A stretch of 64,000 nt of DNA, from NCBI GenBank assembly GCA_038087875.1, contig CM075990.1, positions 5,892,001 through 5,956,000 of the forward strand, in the 5' to 3' direction. Below are positions 62,840-64,000 of the stretch, piece after piece. The position numbers were made by a program, and so were the translations under genes. The notes under the pieces are model-generated. The model did not search any database. It was not told the DNA's origin and saw only the letters and a program-made list of their open reading frames with translations. Numbering within the stretch: position 1 is the first letter of the stretch; each line of letters starts with the position of its first letter. The DNA is from Malacoraja senta. Taxonomy: Eukaryota.

Positions 62840-64000
62840 GGTTTCCTAATTTGAGGAAGGACATTATTGCTATTGAGGGAGTACAGTGTAGGTTCACCAG
62901 GTTATTTCCCGGGATGGCTGGACTTACATACCACATTCCTCAACTCCAAGAAGACGAAGGAAATTATTGTTGACTTCAGGAAGAACAGAGGGGGCAGACA
63001 TACCCCCATCCATATAAACGGGACTGAGGTGGAGCGCGTCTCCAACTACAAATTCCTCGGGGTACACATCTCGGAGGATCTGTCCTGGTCCCTCAATACC
63101 TCCAAACTGATCAAAAAGGCGCAGCAGCGCCTTTACTTCCTGAGGAGGCTCAAGAAAGCTCACCTGTCCCACCAGATCCTGACCAACTTTCACCGCTGTA
63201 CCATCGAAAGCATCCTGACCACCTGCATCACGGTATGGTACAGCAGTTGCACGGTAGCTGACAGGAAGGCACTACAACGGGTGGTGAAAAACGCTCAGTA
63301 CATCATCGGTGCCCCGCTCCCTGCAATGGATGCCCTCCACCGAAAACGGTGTCTGAGACGGGCCGGGAAGATCATCAAGGACCCCTCCCACCCTAACCAT
63401 GGACTGTTTGCCCTCCTCCAATCAGGGAGGCGGTACAGAAGCCTCAGGTCTCGTACAAGTAGGATGAGGAACAGCTTCTTCAACAACACTATCACATTGC
63501 TGAACTCGGAGTCCCGCCGATAGATTTCTCCAGTCTCTCCGTCCACATTGTTTGCTTATTCTGTATTTTTATTCTGTATATTATCCTTATTCTGTATTTT
63601 TATTTCTATATTGCACTATTACTACGAACAGACACTAAACTGCATTTCGTTGTACCCATACTTGTATCTGTGCAATGACAATAAAGTTGAATTGAATTGA
63701 ATGGGTCGCCTGGGCTTGTACTCACTGGAATTTAGAAGGATGAGAGGGATTCTTATGGAAACATATAAAATTCTTAAAGGATTGGACAGGCTAGATGCAG
63801 GAAAAATGTTCCCGATTGGGGAGTCCAGAACCAGAGGTCACAGTTTAAGAATAAGGGGTAGGCCATTTAGGACTGAGATGAGGAAAAATGTCTTCACCCA
63901 GAGAGTTGTGAATCTGTGGAATTCTCTGTCACAGAAGGCAGTGGAGGCGAATTCACTGGATGTTTTCAAGAGTGTTAGATTTAGCTCTTTGAGCTAAAGG
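62840..64000 (+). mobile_element. CR1 (HER1-like) LINE fragment split by the Rex1 insertion
   Basis: 62840-62930 and 63701-64000 join into the same CR1 sequence seen at 5560-5870. Confidence 0.82.
62931..63700 (+). mobile_element. Young 5'-truncated Rex1/Babar LINE inserted in a CR1
   Basis: Uninterrupted ORF NSKKTKEIIVDFRK...YKFLGVHISEDLSW...KAQQRLYFLRRL...RMRNSFF; AATAAA followed by a (TTGAA)n tail. Confidence 0.88.

Noticed and set aside
62867..63523. 218-aa protein-coding gene
   Set aside because: Chimera of CR1 sequence and a truncated Rex1/Babar ORF.

Overview
Repeat-rich vertebrate genomic DNA, most likely from a cartilaginous fish (skate/ray), inferred from HE1/V-SINE-like and CR1/HER1-like repeats. 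Three host genes are present. (1) The terminal PLAC-domain exon and 3'UTR of an ADAMTS2/3/14-type procollagen N-proteinase (+, CDS 1499-2109). (2) A complete 7-exon StAR-like gene (-, 13141-9209, 291 aa) that lacks the RRGS PKA site but has a TATA/NR5A/GATA proximal promoter. (3) The last 11 coding exons of a divergent MTTP-like gene (-, 61853-45066). Segments 30170-37995 and 38196-46021 look identical and flank a 200-N gap, which is almost certainly a false assembly duplication. The rest is nested transposable elements: CR1, Rex1/Babar, RTE and Tx1 LINE fragments, tRNA-derived SINEs, TTAA-flanked Kolobok/T2-type MITEs and a hAT element with TIRs and an 8-bp TSD. There are also about 30 short Penelope-derived repeats carrying a minimal hammerhead-ribozyme motif (CTGAAGA-A-stem-GAAACGTC). 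These often form inverted pairs flanked by 8-14 bp target-site duplications. Human exon lengths and residue numbers quoted are from recall, not from a database search.
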